A DNA stretch of 63,642 nucleotides, the filler included, from Octopus bimaculoides (Eukaryota), in assembly GCF_001194135.2 (NCBI RefSeq). It is 6 parts of 5 records of this genome, joined end to end, with 100 filler letters (N's around TTAATTAATTAA, not from the genome) between each part and the next. Parts side by side here need not be neighbours in the genome. Positions count along the whole stretch, not along the records: positions 36,400 to 53,706 come from NC_068982.1; 5 more parts are not named here. The stretch is one strand, 5' to 3'. A program made the position numbers and the translations under genes. Below are positions 38,827 to 50,744 of the stretch, piece by piece (position 1 is the first letter of the stretch; each line of letters opens with the position of its first letter). Under the pieces are notes generated by a model, which saw only the letters and a list, made by a program, of their open reading frames with translations, had not been told where the DNA came from and did no database searches.

Positions 38827-40034
38827 CACACACACATGCATGCATATATATATGTTCTTGTATGTACATGTGTGTAAGTATATATGTACATGTATGTACA
38901 CGTGTGTGTGTATCTATCTATCTATCTGTCTGTCTGTCTGTGTCTTTGTATATATATATATNNNNNNNNNNNNNNNNNNNNNNNNNNNNNNNNNNNNNNN
39001 NNNNNNNNNNNNNNNNNNNNNNNNNNNNNNNNNNNNNNNNNNNNNNNNNNNNNNNNNNNNNNNNNNNNNNNNNNNNNNNNNNNNNNNNNNNNNNNNNNNN
39101 NNNNNNNNNNNNNNNNNNNNNNNNNNNNNNNNNNNNNNNNNNNNNNNNNNNNNNNNNNNNNNNNNNNNNNNNNNNNNNNNNNNNNNNNNNNNNNNNNNNN
39201 NNNNNNNNNNNNNNNNNNNNNNNNNNNNNNNNNNNNNNNNNNNNNNNNNNNNNNNNNNNNNNNNNNNNNNNNNNNNNNNNNNNNNNNNNNNNNNNNNNNN
39301 NNNNNNNNNNNNNNNNNNNNNNNNNNNNNNNNNNNNNNNNNNNNNNNNNNNNNNNNNNNNNNNNNNNNNNNNNNNNNNNNNNNNNNNNNNNNNNNNNNNN
39401 NNNNNNNNNNNNNNNNNNNNNNNNNNNNNNNNNNNNNNNNNNNNNNNNNNNNNNNNNNNNNNNNNNNNNNNNNNNNNNNNNNNNNNNNNNNNNNNNNNNN
39501 NNNNNNNNNNNNNNNNNNNNNNNNNNNNNNNNNNNNNNNNNNNNNNNNNNNNNNNNNNNNNNNNNNNNNNNNNNNNNNNNNNNNNNNNNNNNNNNNNNNN
39601 NNNNNNNNNNNNNNNNNNNNNNNNNNNNNNNNNNNNNNNNNNNNNNNNNNNNNNNNNNNNNNNNNNNNNNNNNNNNNNNNNNNNNNNNNNNNNNNNNNNN
39701 NNNNNNNNNNNNNNNNNNNNNNNNNNNNNNNNNNNNNNNNNNNNNNNNNNNNNNNNNNNNNNNNNNNNNNNNNNNNNNNNNNNNNNNNNNNNNNNNNNNN
39801 NNNNNNNNNNNNNATATTCAGATATGCGCGCGCGTGTGTGTGTGTGTGTGTGTGTGTGTAGTGGAAATTATGCTGATAAAGAAAATAGATATATTAAATA
39901 TAAGAGTTTGGGTATGAAATACAAAATATTTATATATGTATACATGCAAAACGAGAGAAAGCAAAATTTGGGGACTTTCACATGATGAATATTTAAGTAT
40001 AAATAGATATTTATAATAATAGATGCAACTTACA

Positions 40035-40475
40035 CAGAATACAAGCGACAGAGAAAATTAATGAGGAAGAAGAAAGGTGTTATAAGTTCAACAGCTGTTT
40101 CTGGAGGCTCGGAGATCCATCACAATGTTGGTGGTGTAGTTCATCACAATATACGGCCGTAATGGAAGCAATCAAGGTTGGATAAATCGAGCCTCTTTCA
40201 TCAGGGTAGAGATCTTATATTTCAGATCATAATGCAGAGAAGTTCAATAAAGGAAACATTGAACTTCTCTGCATTATGATCTGAAATGTAAGATCTTCTC
40301 CACTCTGATGAGGGAGGCTCGATTTATCCAACGTTGATTGCTTCCATTACGGCCGCATATTGTGATGAACTACATTCACCAACATTGTGATGGCTCTCCG
40401 AACCTCCAGAAACAGCTGTTGAACATATAACACCTTTCTTCCTCCTCTTTAATCTTCTCTGTCGCTTGTATTCTG
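40035..40475. mobile_element. Fold-back of a PLE terminal repeat (about 215-bp arms, 9-nt spacer)
   Basis: 40035-40248 is the reverse complement of 40258-40475 with scattered mismatches; each arm holds an HHR-like core. Confidence 0.85.
40305..40420 (+). ncRNA. Hammerhead-like core with extended stem II (mirror copy at 40090-40204, minus strand)
   Basis: CTGATGA-G-GGAGGCTCG-(77 nt)-CGAACCTCC-A-GAA-ACAGCTGT-T; no clear helix I. Confidence 0.55.
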
Positions 40476-40642
40476 GGTGTGTGGATAGGGGTTAGTGACA
40501 TTGACGTGTGGATGTGTGTTTGTGTAAGTGTGTGCGTCTGTAATGTGTGGGTAAGTGGATGATGGTGAGTGGGTGTGCGGATGATGGTATATGGGTGTGC
40601 AGGTTATAGTGCGGTGTAGGTGCTGGGAAGTGATCAGTGCTA

Positions 40643-40703
<61 letters not shown>

Positions 40704-40955
40704 ACATAACACCATCCTACACCACTCCACACACACTAGCAATGACCACTTCCCAGCACCCACACCACACACCNNNNNNNNNNNNNNNNNNNNNNNNNNN
40801 NNNNNNNNNNNNNNNNNNNNNNNNNNNNNNNNNNNNNNNNNNNNNNNNNNNNNNNNNNNNNNNNNNNNNNNNNNNNNNNNNNNNNNNNNNNNNNNNNNNN
40901 NNNNNNNNNNNNNNNNNNNNNNNNNNNNNNNNNNNNNNNNNNNNNNNNNNATATA

Positions 40956-41300
40956 TCATCTTTTGTTTCAGTCATTGGACTGCAGCCATGGTGGGGCACA
41001 ACCTAAAGAGTTGCGTCGAACAAATCGATCTAGTACTTATTCTTAAATGTGGTAATTATTGTATCAATTTCTTTTGTCGGTAAACAAACACCGGTTGTCA
41101 AGCGGTGGTATGAGATAAACCCAAATACAGACACACGCATACACACATATTTGCGATCGACTTCCTCACAGTTTCCGTCTGCTTACTTTACTGACAAGGA
41201 ATTGGTCGGTCCAGGGCTATAACAAAAAAGAAAAAACTTATCTAATGTGCCACGCAGTGGAACTGAACCCGAAACCACATGATCGCAAAGGGAACTTATA
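40956..41300 (-). mobile_element. SINE family B
   Basis: gtttcagtcattggactgcagccatg 3' end; ccacgcagtggaactgaacccgaaaccacatg head. Confidence 0.8.
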
Positions 41301-41578
41301 ACGAAGTTTGTTAGTTGATATATGACCCCACCCACTTCTATAACCTTCTCTATCTAAGTTACACAAAAGAACAAAACAGTACCTAGTCAATATATCGAAA
41401 CAGGACTTGTCTAGAAACCTACAGATCTTTAGTTTAATTCTCTCTTAACTGAACTATTTCGACAACCTGCAAGCAAATCATAATTTACAGTAAATCAGCT
41501 TCTAATTATTTTCATCGTTAATGAAATAATTCACTTCGTAATATAATGTTTAATTAACAAGTTACAAGTTCAGTTCTA

Positions 41579-41790
41579 CAGGGTGTCCACAAGGTCTGGG
41601 TACATAGAGTAAATAAAATCATAACATAAACAATTAAATATAAGAAATAGTAATTTCTTAAAGCATGTGTTAATCCCCATGGAAGTACATGGAGTAAATA
41701 AAACCATAACATAAACAATTAAATATAAGAAATAATAATTTCTTAAAGTATGTGTTAATCCCCATCTACCCAGACTTTGTGGACACCCTG
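41579..41790. mobile_element. Tc1/mariner-type MITE, TA TSD
   Basis: 24-bp TIR CAGGGTGTCCACAA(G/A)GTCTGGGTA with 1 mismatch, flanked by TA; interior is two direct repeats of about 80 bp. Confidence 0.9.
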
Positions 41791-41794
41791 TATA

Positions 41795-42009
41795 TTTAAG
41801 AGACGAGGATTTATGTACATTATTTACATTATTCACGTTATTTATATTTGACGGATATTTGCCCTCATCTTGTTTGTTGTTAACACAACGTTTCGGCTGA
41901 TATACCCTCCAGCCTTCATCAGGTGTCTTGGGGAAATTTCGAACCTGGGTTCTCATTCCTTAGGTATTTTTCGATGTTATCATCATCATTATTATTATTA
42001 TTATTATTA

Positions 42010-42044
<35 letters not shown>

Positions 42045-42127
42045 GTTCAGGTCACTGCTTAGAATCGAACTCGGAGTCTTAGGGTTAGTAGCTCGCGCTC
42101 TTAACCACTACACCATATGCCCGTGGG
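41795..42127 (-). mobile_element. tRNA-headed non-coding element with hammerhead tail (candidate PLE-mobilised SINE or retrozyme)
   Basis: Head with A box TGGTGTAGTGG and B box GAGTTCGATTC, (AAT)n linker, body, HHR and AT-rich tail; inverted tail copy at 42131-42202. Confidence 0.65.
41882..41927 (-). ncRNA. Minimal type I hammerhead ribozyme
   Basis: GACAC-CTGATGA-A-GGCTG-GAGGGTATAT-CAGCC-GAA-ACGT-T-GTGTT: 5-bp helix I, 5-bp helix II, palindromic stem III, GUU site. Confidence 0.78.
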
Positions 42128-42811
42128 GCGGGGTATATCAGCCGAAACATTGTGTTAACAACAAACAAGATGAGGACAAATATCCGTCAAATGTAAATAA
42201 TGGAAATAATGAAGTTACAAGTTATACCAAATTGACGATATCTAAAAGGAATGAAATAGTACTATACACGAAATAGTAAGAACTTCGTAATAAACAAAAA
42301 CATGAACTCAATGTATTTTTCTTCGTAATACGTTAATTTCAAACTCAATATTATTTCGTGTCCATTAGGACACCAAATGAAATATTTTAAATAATGGATA
42401 AAGAAAAACATAGACTTGTGTTTGAATACAGTTTCACAATTATATTTTGTATGTTTTAGATTTGTCTGAAATCTATATATTACTATAAATAATAAAACAG
42501 GCATTTTTATTTTTTGCAAATACTCCTCATAACACCAAACAGTTTTACCATTAAGCACGTCAAGGTTTAGTAAACACATTCAACGATACAAACAGCGCTC
42601 AAGCTCAATCCGCTGAAAATAACTGTTAAAAATTTTACAAATTATATCCTTAAATGGTATATTGGATAATACTGTTCTTGAAACACAAAGGACGAGGTTG
42701 TTATGCCTGTAGCAGTCAAATCTACTTCAAATCACACCATGCCCTACCGTCTTAAGTTAGAAGACAATACACCGGAAAATGTAGTCCCATATATACAAGC
42801 AGGCGATACAT

Positions 42812-42878
<67 letters not shown>

Positions 42879-43094
42879 TCCTATAACGAATTAAAAGCAG
42901 CGCTAGTGCTGTAAACATTATCGATCGCATATACTTAATGTATGAGTTTTGTTTGTTCGCCGGATTCGCTGCGTTATAGTGCTAGGGACGACTATATATA
43001 TATGTAGAAGGTTGAGAAGGAACACACGAGTTGATATGTATAAGCAAAATAAGACAAGGTAGAAAATGCTAAAATAATTTTATCATGAACATTT

Positions 43095-43130
43095 TAGTAC
43101 CGGTTTCAGTCTTTGCGACTTTTTCAACTT
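43095..43130 (-). ncRNA. Degenerate hammerhead-like motif
   Basis: TTGAAAA-AGTC-GCAAA-GACT-GAA-ACCGGT-A; core mutated at 2 positions. Confidence 0.45.
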
Positions 43131-43849
43131 AGAGTAAAGCATGAAAAACAATTAAATTGTGGAAAAATTAAATGAAATGTTTTTTAAAAATATTTCCATA
43201 GTTTTCAAATGCAAGGGACATTTTCCTTTTTTCTGTCTGTCTGTCTCTCTTTTACTCATGTGTAAAATGTAAGTAAGAAGACGACAGATAAATTTAGCCC
43301 GTTTAAATTTAACACGTGCTCAATTCATATACGTCATTTTACTTGTACTACACACACATACACACACCACACACACAAACACACACACACACATACATGA
43401 AACGCTGCCTTGGGCGCTTTAAGTCTGGGGAGCGTCACAAATTCTGAATAACTTAAAGATTTCTTAATCCAACTAAAAATACGAAATCTTAGTAATAAAG
43501 AGATCAGGTGAAGTCACTCCCAGAACAGATGAAAATAACAGGTATGCGGTGATGTGGGGAGACTAAGTGGTCATGTGGTGTTATGGCCAGTCACATGATT
43601 TGGTTAAAAATATTTCTAATTTTGCAAGACAAAAAAATGTTATTCCGTTATACATATAAAACTATGGCTTTATTGCCTTCAAGTTAATTATAATTTTTCG
43701 ACAGTATTTTTCAGCTGCTGTAAGGACGTGATTGCCGGAGAAAGTTGTAGAAAAATAAGCGAGGAAGGAGTACGCAATCTAAGGCTTACGTTTAGAGCTG
43801 TATACTCTGGCTATGTTCATTTAACGACCATTGCAATACAGATACTGTC

Positions 43850-45135
43850 GTGTATAAGGCGGAGGTGACGTCAAAGAATCCCTACGGAGCGACGGACGTG
43901 AGTAAACATGTGAGAACAAGGATTACAGTGAGATCAGGGAGGAGGTGGAAGTCAGCCAAAGCAATCCAAGAAGCAGTGGCCAATTTTGAGAGTGTGACAC
44001 AGAGCAAAGCAGGACTTAAAAAGCTCAACAACAAACGACCGTACATGATACGGTTAGTTAGCATAAGAGACAGAAACTGGCGTAGGAGGGAGTACAGAGT
44101 AAAGCAGAGTAGTCAGCGTTGGATTAACAATTAAGCGAAATAGTACATGGTTAGGACATCAAAGGAAGGGGGAACCACAAAGATGGTAAATGGTTTACGG
44201 CCCAAAAAGAAATCACTTTAAACTTGCTAAATAATATACGAAGCAGTTTATAAGATTAGAAATATAATTTCAAAGTGTTCATGACTGACCATGGGATTGC
44301 ACCTAGAAAGTTACCCTCCCAGGCACAAGTACGGGCAAGGTTGTTCATGGAAGACTAGCAGTCGCCCATGCATACCGGCCTCCCTTCTCCACGCCACCAG
44401 TGTTATCCAAGGGAAAGGCAAAGGCCGATACAATTTGGTACCTGTGACATCGCAACTCATTTTTACAGCTGAATGAACTGGAGCAACGTGAAATAAAGTG
44501 TCTTGCTCAAGAACACAACACGCAGCCCGGTCCGGGATTCAAACTCACAACCTCGCGATCGTAAGCTCGACGCTCTAACCACTGAGCCATGCACCTTCAC
44601 GGTGTCATAGTGAGGATCTGATTAAAGACTCAGCAGCTGAAAGAAGGAGAACACTTTTCAAATGCAAATAAAGTAGAAGTATACAAAAATAAGCATTATG
44701 TTCTATCTTGCTGTTAGTTTTGCTTCATTTTGAAAAATAAAAATCTATTTCATGGTTTATAATTGCCTAAATTTTGAATTACATAAATATAGAGATACCA
44801 ACGTCTTTTAAATGCTAAGGACCTCTATGGGTCTTAATCCGTCCCTGAAGGTAGCGGTAATGCAGAAACAGAGTATCTGGATAAGGTGGGAGTAGGCGAT
44901 AGAGAGAAATGACACTAGGCAGTGTCATGAACTTGATCCTCTGTGAGTTCATGATTTGGGGGTGGGGTCTCTGTGACGACCTTCTCAGTCCATCCAACCA
45001 ACTTCCATGAGGCATAATGAAACGCCTGCGTGCTGGTCTTCTTCTAAACTAAGCAGTTGCACCAAGGCACTGAGTGACGAGCAATGTCATAGGGGAAAGG
45101 GTCAGGTCCTCAAAACTATCTGTGAGCCAATCAGC
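43850..45135 (+). mobile_element. Decayed HERO-type (R2 superfamily) non-LTR retrotransposon fragment, interrupted
   Basis: VRSGRRWKSAKAIQEA..SKAGL (cf. RTGRKW.A..AV..A..GRAGLG) and DDLLSPSN..ETPAC..SSCTKAL..QVLKTICEPI. Confidence 0.65.
44282..44600 (-). mobile_element. tRNA-derived SINE family D, full length
   Basis: A box TGGCTCAGTGG, B box GAGTTTGAATCCC, central gttcttgagcaagacacttta..ttgctccagttcattcagctgtaaaatg. Confidence 0.9.
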
Positions 45136-45211
45136 TAGGAGAACGGAGAAATATTCACACTACAGCCAGAAAGATAGCTTTCTGACTGTAGAGGCCGAGA
45201 GCTAATCACAC

Positions 45212-45279
<68 letters not shown>

Positions 45280-46017
45280 NNNNNNNNNNNNNNNNNNNNN
45301 NNNNNNNNNNNNNNNNNNNNNNNNNNNNNNNNNNNNNNNNNNNNNNNNNNNNNNNNNNNNNNNNNNNNNNNNNNNNNNNNNNNNNNNNNNNNNNNNNNNN
45401 NNNNNNNNNNNNNNNNNNNNNNNNNNNNNNNNNNNNNNNNNNNNNNNNNNNNNNNNNNNNNNNNNNNNNNNNNNNNNNNNNNNNNNNNNNNNNNNNNNNN
45501 NNNNNNNNNNNNNNNNNNNNNNNNNNNNNNNNNNNNNNNNNNNNNNNNNNNNNNNNNNNNNNNNNNNNNNNNNNNNNNNNNNNNNNNNNNNNNNNNNNNN
45601 NNNNNNNNNNNNNNNNNNNNNNNNNNNNNNNNNNNNNNNNNNNNNNNNNNNNNNNNNNNNNNNNNNNNNNNNNNNNNNNNNNNNNNNNNNNNNNNNNNNN
45701 NNNNNNNNNNNNNNNNNNNNNNNNNNNNNNNNNNNNNNNNNNNNNNNNNNNNNNNNNNNNNNNNNNNNNNNNNNNNNNNNNNNNNNNNNNNNNNNNNNNN
45801 NNNNNNNNNNNNNNNNNNNNNNNNNNNNNNNNNNNNNNNNNNNNNNNNNNNNNNNNNNNNNNNNNNNNNNNNNNNNNNNNNNNNNNNNNNNNNNNNNNNN
45901 NNNNNNNNNNNNNNNNNNNNNNNNNNNNNNNNNNNNNNNNNNNNNNNNNNNNNNNNNNNNNNNNNNNNNNNNNNNNNNNNNNNNNNNNNNNNNNNNNTAT
46001 ATATATATGTACATAAA

Positions 46018-46778
46018 CTAGCTGACGTACCCGGTAATTTCCAGGAAAGCGGGGCTTATTCCTTGGTTCCGTTCTCATAATTGTTTCGCTAATCCAGTAA
46101 CAACAATGCAAAGTATGTAGCCCCGAAAAGGACTTTAATGCGTTCCCAGAGTATATAGAACTTAAGAGGAAGTACTAATAAGGTATGTATACTAAAATCG
46201 TGAAGCATGTTACGAAATAACAGACTAATCAGATATGAGATAATAACAGTTCAAAGTAAATAACTTTGAAAAAAAGCTTTTGTGCGTTCGTAGAGACGAT
46301 TACCCTCAGCGGCGCTAGTGTTGGTATATTCATGAATAAGTCACTAATCGAAATAAGTGGATCTATTGCTTAGGAAAATACTATTTACTTGTTTAAGCGT
46401 TGTATTGGATAAATTGCGAAAATAACTCAGATAGTTCAAACACTAAGCAATAAGCATACTGAATTTGATTTATACGAAATAATTTACGAACATGAATGGG
46501 TCATTTCCCGTGGCTATATATAAGGATCCCTTTCAGGAGCGAATGGGTTATTTTTCGTGGGTGCTTAAAAATAATATATTAGTTATATGTAGTAGATATA
46601 CGAATCCCTTCCAGGGCCCTATTATCGATTTTTCAACAATCTAAGTATGTCACTAGTTTTCCAGACATAAGTTCTACTCACGTGTCAAGTTTCATCAAAA
46701 TCGATAAAATGATGTAGGAGGAGTTATATAACAGCGCCACAAACGAACACACCCACAAATTTTCACATATGTAGTAGG
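46018..46778 (-). mobile_element. Non-autonomous Helitron-like element
   Basis: 3' degenerate hairpin plus CTAG|T at 46018; 5' region cctactacatatgtgaaaatttgt..ttttgatgaaacttg. Confidence 0.6.
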
Positions 46779-46901
46779 TATATAATTGTGTGTGTGTGTA
46801 TATATATGTATGTGTGTATATATATATAAAACCGTGTGTGTACGTGTGCGTGCATGTGTATGTATGCATATGTATGTATATATGTATGTATATATGTATA
46901 T

Positions 46902-46949
<48 letters not shown>

Positions 46950-47886
46950 NNNNNNNNNNNNNNNNNNNNNNNNNNNNNNNNNNNNNNNNNNNNNNNNNNN
47001 NNNNNNNNNNNNNNNNNNNNNNNNNNNNNNNNNNNNNNNNNNNNNNNNNNNNNNNNNNNNNNNNNNNNNNNNNNNNNNNNNNNNNNNNNNNNNNNNNNNN
47101 NNNNNNNNNNNNNNNNNNNNNNNNNNNNNNNNNNNNNNNNNNNNNNNNNNNNNNNNNNNNNNNNNNNNNNNNNNNNNNNNNNNNNNNNNNNNNNNNNNNN
47201 NNNNNNNNNNNNNNNNNNNNNNNNNNNNNNNNNNNNNNNNNNNNNNNNNNNNNNNNNNNNNNNNNNNNNNNNNNNNNNNNNNNNNNNNNNNNNNNNNNNN
47301 NNNNNNNNNNNNNNNNNNNNNNNNNNNNNNNNNNNNNNNNNNNNNNNNNNNNNNNNNNNNNNNNNNNNNNNNNNNNNNNNNNNNNNNNNNNNNNNNNNNN
47401 NNNNNNNNNNNNNNNNNNNNNNNNNNNNNNNNNNNNNNNNNNNNNNNNNNNNNNNNNNNNNNNNNNNNNNNNNNNNNNNNNNNNNNNNNNNNNNNNNNNN
47501 NNNNNNNNNNNNNNNNNNNNNNNNNNNNNNNNNNNNNNNNNNNNNNNNNNNNNNNNNNNNNNNNNNNNNNNNNNNNNNNNNNNNNNNNNNNNNNNNNNNN
47601 NNNNNNNNNNNNNNNNNNNNNNNNNNNNNNNNNNNNNNNNNNNNNNNNNNNNNNNNNNNNNNNNNNGTATGCGAATTTCCTTATTTGAAGCGTCTTTTGG
47701 GGACATCAATTTAAAAGCTCGTCTCAGAACAATTACTATTCCCATGCTCCTGCATACATAGGTATAAGCATCAAAGAAGATAAATTCATATACATTATAC
47801 ATGCACAAAACATACATACACACGCATACACACGTCTATATATCAGCCTGCCTGTCTGTCTGTCTGCCTGCCTGCCTGCCTGTCTG

Positions 47887-47955
<69 letters not shown>

Positions 47956-48293
47956 ATACAGCCACACATTCTAACACACACAAGCGACACGAAACAGTTT
48001 GAAGCGTTAACGCGATTAAGTTATTAAGAGTATTATTGATAGATGAAAGAAAGACACGATTGTGTCGATGAATTGTTATGGTTGTTTTTGTTGTTCTTAC
48101 TGTTGTGGCTGCTGCTTAACCTGAGCTCAAACTTGATCCAAGTGAACTTGGATCGAATGCATTCCAGCTATTATCGTTCTGAATATGTTTTGTCAGACAC
48201 AGCGAATGTGTACACATTATCTAGCGCTTCCTTCCTTACTTTAAGACGTCTGAGTGTAATTTAAGAGAATGTAGCTGCTATTTCTACCAGACC

Positions 48294-48497
48294 AAGTGAG
48301 CAGGCAGAATCATTAACGCATCGGAAAGATGCTTAACGGTATTTTCCCGGCTCTTTAGATTCTGAGTTCAAATACTGCCAAGGTTGGCTTTTACTTTTAT
48401 CCTCTGGGATCAATAAAGTAAGTATCAATTAAGCATTGGGGTCGATTTAATTAACTTCCCTTTCCCTCCAAACTGAGTCTTTCTCCTAATTTGAAAG
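48294..48497 (+). mobile_element. tRNA-derived SINE family A
   Basis: caggcagaatcattaac head, gagttcaaatactg B box, conserved body. Confidence 0.8.
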
Positions 48498-48519
48498 AAT
48501 ATTTGAATGACTTGACCTA

Positions 48520-48790
48520 CGGTACCAGTGGTGTATTGTGGATCCTGAGATGACCCACGAGGTCAATTTTGGCATGGAGTCTGCAATTACAAATGGTTAT
48601 ACGTTTTAGCAGAGTCGAGGCCCGGTGGGACTCTTACTTTCCGTGTAGCCCTCTTCTCTTTAGCATCTCTGATCATATCCGATCTTGTGTGCTATATTCC
48701 AGAGTACGCAGCACTTCGCCACGATGAGCGATCTTGAGCAAGATGTTCCCACGTTGACCGTGCTAAGTTACTACCACCCGCAAAGAATTC
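48520..48790 (-). mobile_element. RTE/BovB-type LINE 3' end
   Basis: WEHLAQDRSSWRSAAYSG..AKEKRATRK..CNCRLHAKIDLVGHLRIH (decayed C2H2). Confidence 0.75.
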
Positions 48791-49599
48791 GTAAAAGAAT
48801 TCGTATTTGATAAAGGCTACACAAATTATCGCAAGAAAAAAAATCAACAACAAAAAAGCGAAAGACAAAAGAAAATAAAACAAGAAACAAGCACAAAAAA
48901 CAACTGAGGTAAAGATTGTTTAAGCAGTCTGTACTACTGTAAATCTTTATCCAGTTTAATCATACGGATTAATTGTTAGTCTGGATAAAAGGTTACCAAA
49001 ATTATGAATGATTGTAGCAAATGCTTTTGATAACTTTAAAAGAGCAAGGATTAAATAATATCTCAACCGAGCATTTTACAGCAGTAAAAAGTTGACGATA
49101 ATCTTTGTTGAATTTCAGTTAATATCTTTAATCTCCTACATGTCTTATTTATATATTTCAGTTATACAAGGTCTTTTATAAACGCAGCCCATATATTTAA
49201 AATACCATTAATTCTTGGTATCTATACATTCATACAGTAGTACATTCCTACCTATCTTTTGTGTGACGCTAAAACATGAGATAAATAGAGGGAAAGATGG
49301 AGAGAGAGAGAGAGTGAGAGGGATTGAAATAGAGATAGATAGGTATACTGAGAGAGAGAGAGAGGGGGGGGGGGAAAGAGAAAGAGAGATGATTTTAAGA
49401 AGTGAGAGGCCGAGTAAAAGTGAGAGCAAAGTTTGTGACTGCGTCTTTAGGTGTCATTCTTTTTATGCTCACGCTTCTGTATGAAATGTTTTGAATCGCA
49501 TCTTGGAATATAAAATTATGGCATGTTAGTTGAAAGTGCTATTCCATTAAAAAACTGGAAAATGACTAAGATTGTGTGTGTGTGTATGTGTGTGAGTAT

Positions 49600-49654
<55 letters not shown>

Positions 49655-50744
49655 NNNNNNNNNNNNNNNNNNNNNNNNNNNNNNNNNNNNNNNNNNNNNN
49701 NNNNNNNNNNNNNNNNNNNNNNNNNNNNNNNNNNNNNNNNNNNNNNNNNNNNNNNNNNNNNNNNNNNNNNNNNNNNNNNNNNNNNNNNNNNNNNNNNNNN
49801 NNNNNNNNNNNNNNNNNNNNNNNNNNNNNNNNNNNNNNNNNNNNNNNNNNNNNNNNNNNNNNNNNNNNNNNNNNNNNNNNNNNNNNNNNNNNNNNNNNNN
49901 NNNNNNNNNNNNNNNNNNNNNNNNNNNNNNNNNNNNNNNNNNNNNNNNNNNNNNNNNNNNNNNNNNNNNNNNNNNNNNNNNNNNNNNNNNNNNNNNNNNN
50001 NNNNNNNNNNNNNNNNNNNNNNNNNNNNNNNNNNNNNNNNNNNNNNNNNNNNNNNNNNNNNNNNNNNNNNNNNNNNTATATATAAAGAAAAAAATGTTCC
50101 TATTTATGTAGACCACGCGATGGGTTTCCATAGTGTTTCTGTCTATCAAATTTCACTCAAGGAATTAACCAACTCGAGGATATTGTATAATCTTTAGAAT
50201 CCGCAGGACACTGAAGCAGCTACCATGCTTCATTCACATGGTCTGGAGGTGGCAATCTAGCCTAACGAAGTTTTCTCTGATATGAATATAACGATGGGTA
50301 ACAATATATAATATATTCAGATTTGTCAAAGCTTTACCAGCATAGTTTACCAGCATAGCTGTAGAACGATCTTGCAGACAGATTGCCTCCGATTTTGATT
50401 CATGTTTAAGATGATTTACTTCTTGATATAAAATGAAAAATAATAGATGACAATTCTCAAGATAGAAGATGTAGAAGCAGTGACAAGTGTATAACAAGAA
50501 CTACAGCTTTCAGAAATGTCTCCTAAGATTGCATATTCAATACTACTTATGTGGATGGACTTTTACACTATCTAAAGAAATAAATGTTTCAAACAAAATA
50601 CAAGTTCAAAAGAAATTATGTTCCATGGTTCTCCATGAACTTCAAATCATCTTACAGTTTTTAAAATACAAGTGTTTTTTTTTTTATATGTAATGCTTGT
50701 TCGAAATGATTATACATGATTATATCTCGCTGAGTAGAGGTTCT

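Noticed and set aside
38748-39985. 300-400 aa ORFs here and at other gaps
   Set aside because: Composed of N runs and dinucleotide repeats.
41604-41763. CRISPR-like repeats
   Set aside because: Two near-identical units without unique spacers, inside TIRs, in eukaryotic context.
42045-42127. Functional tRNA gene
   Set aside because: A and B boxes are present, but the acceptor and anticodon stems do not pair properly; treated as a SINE head.
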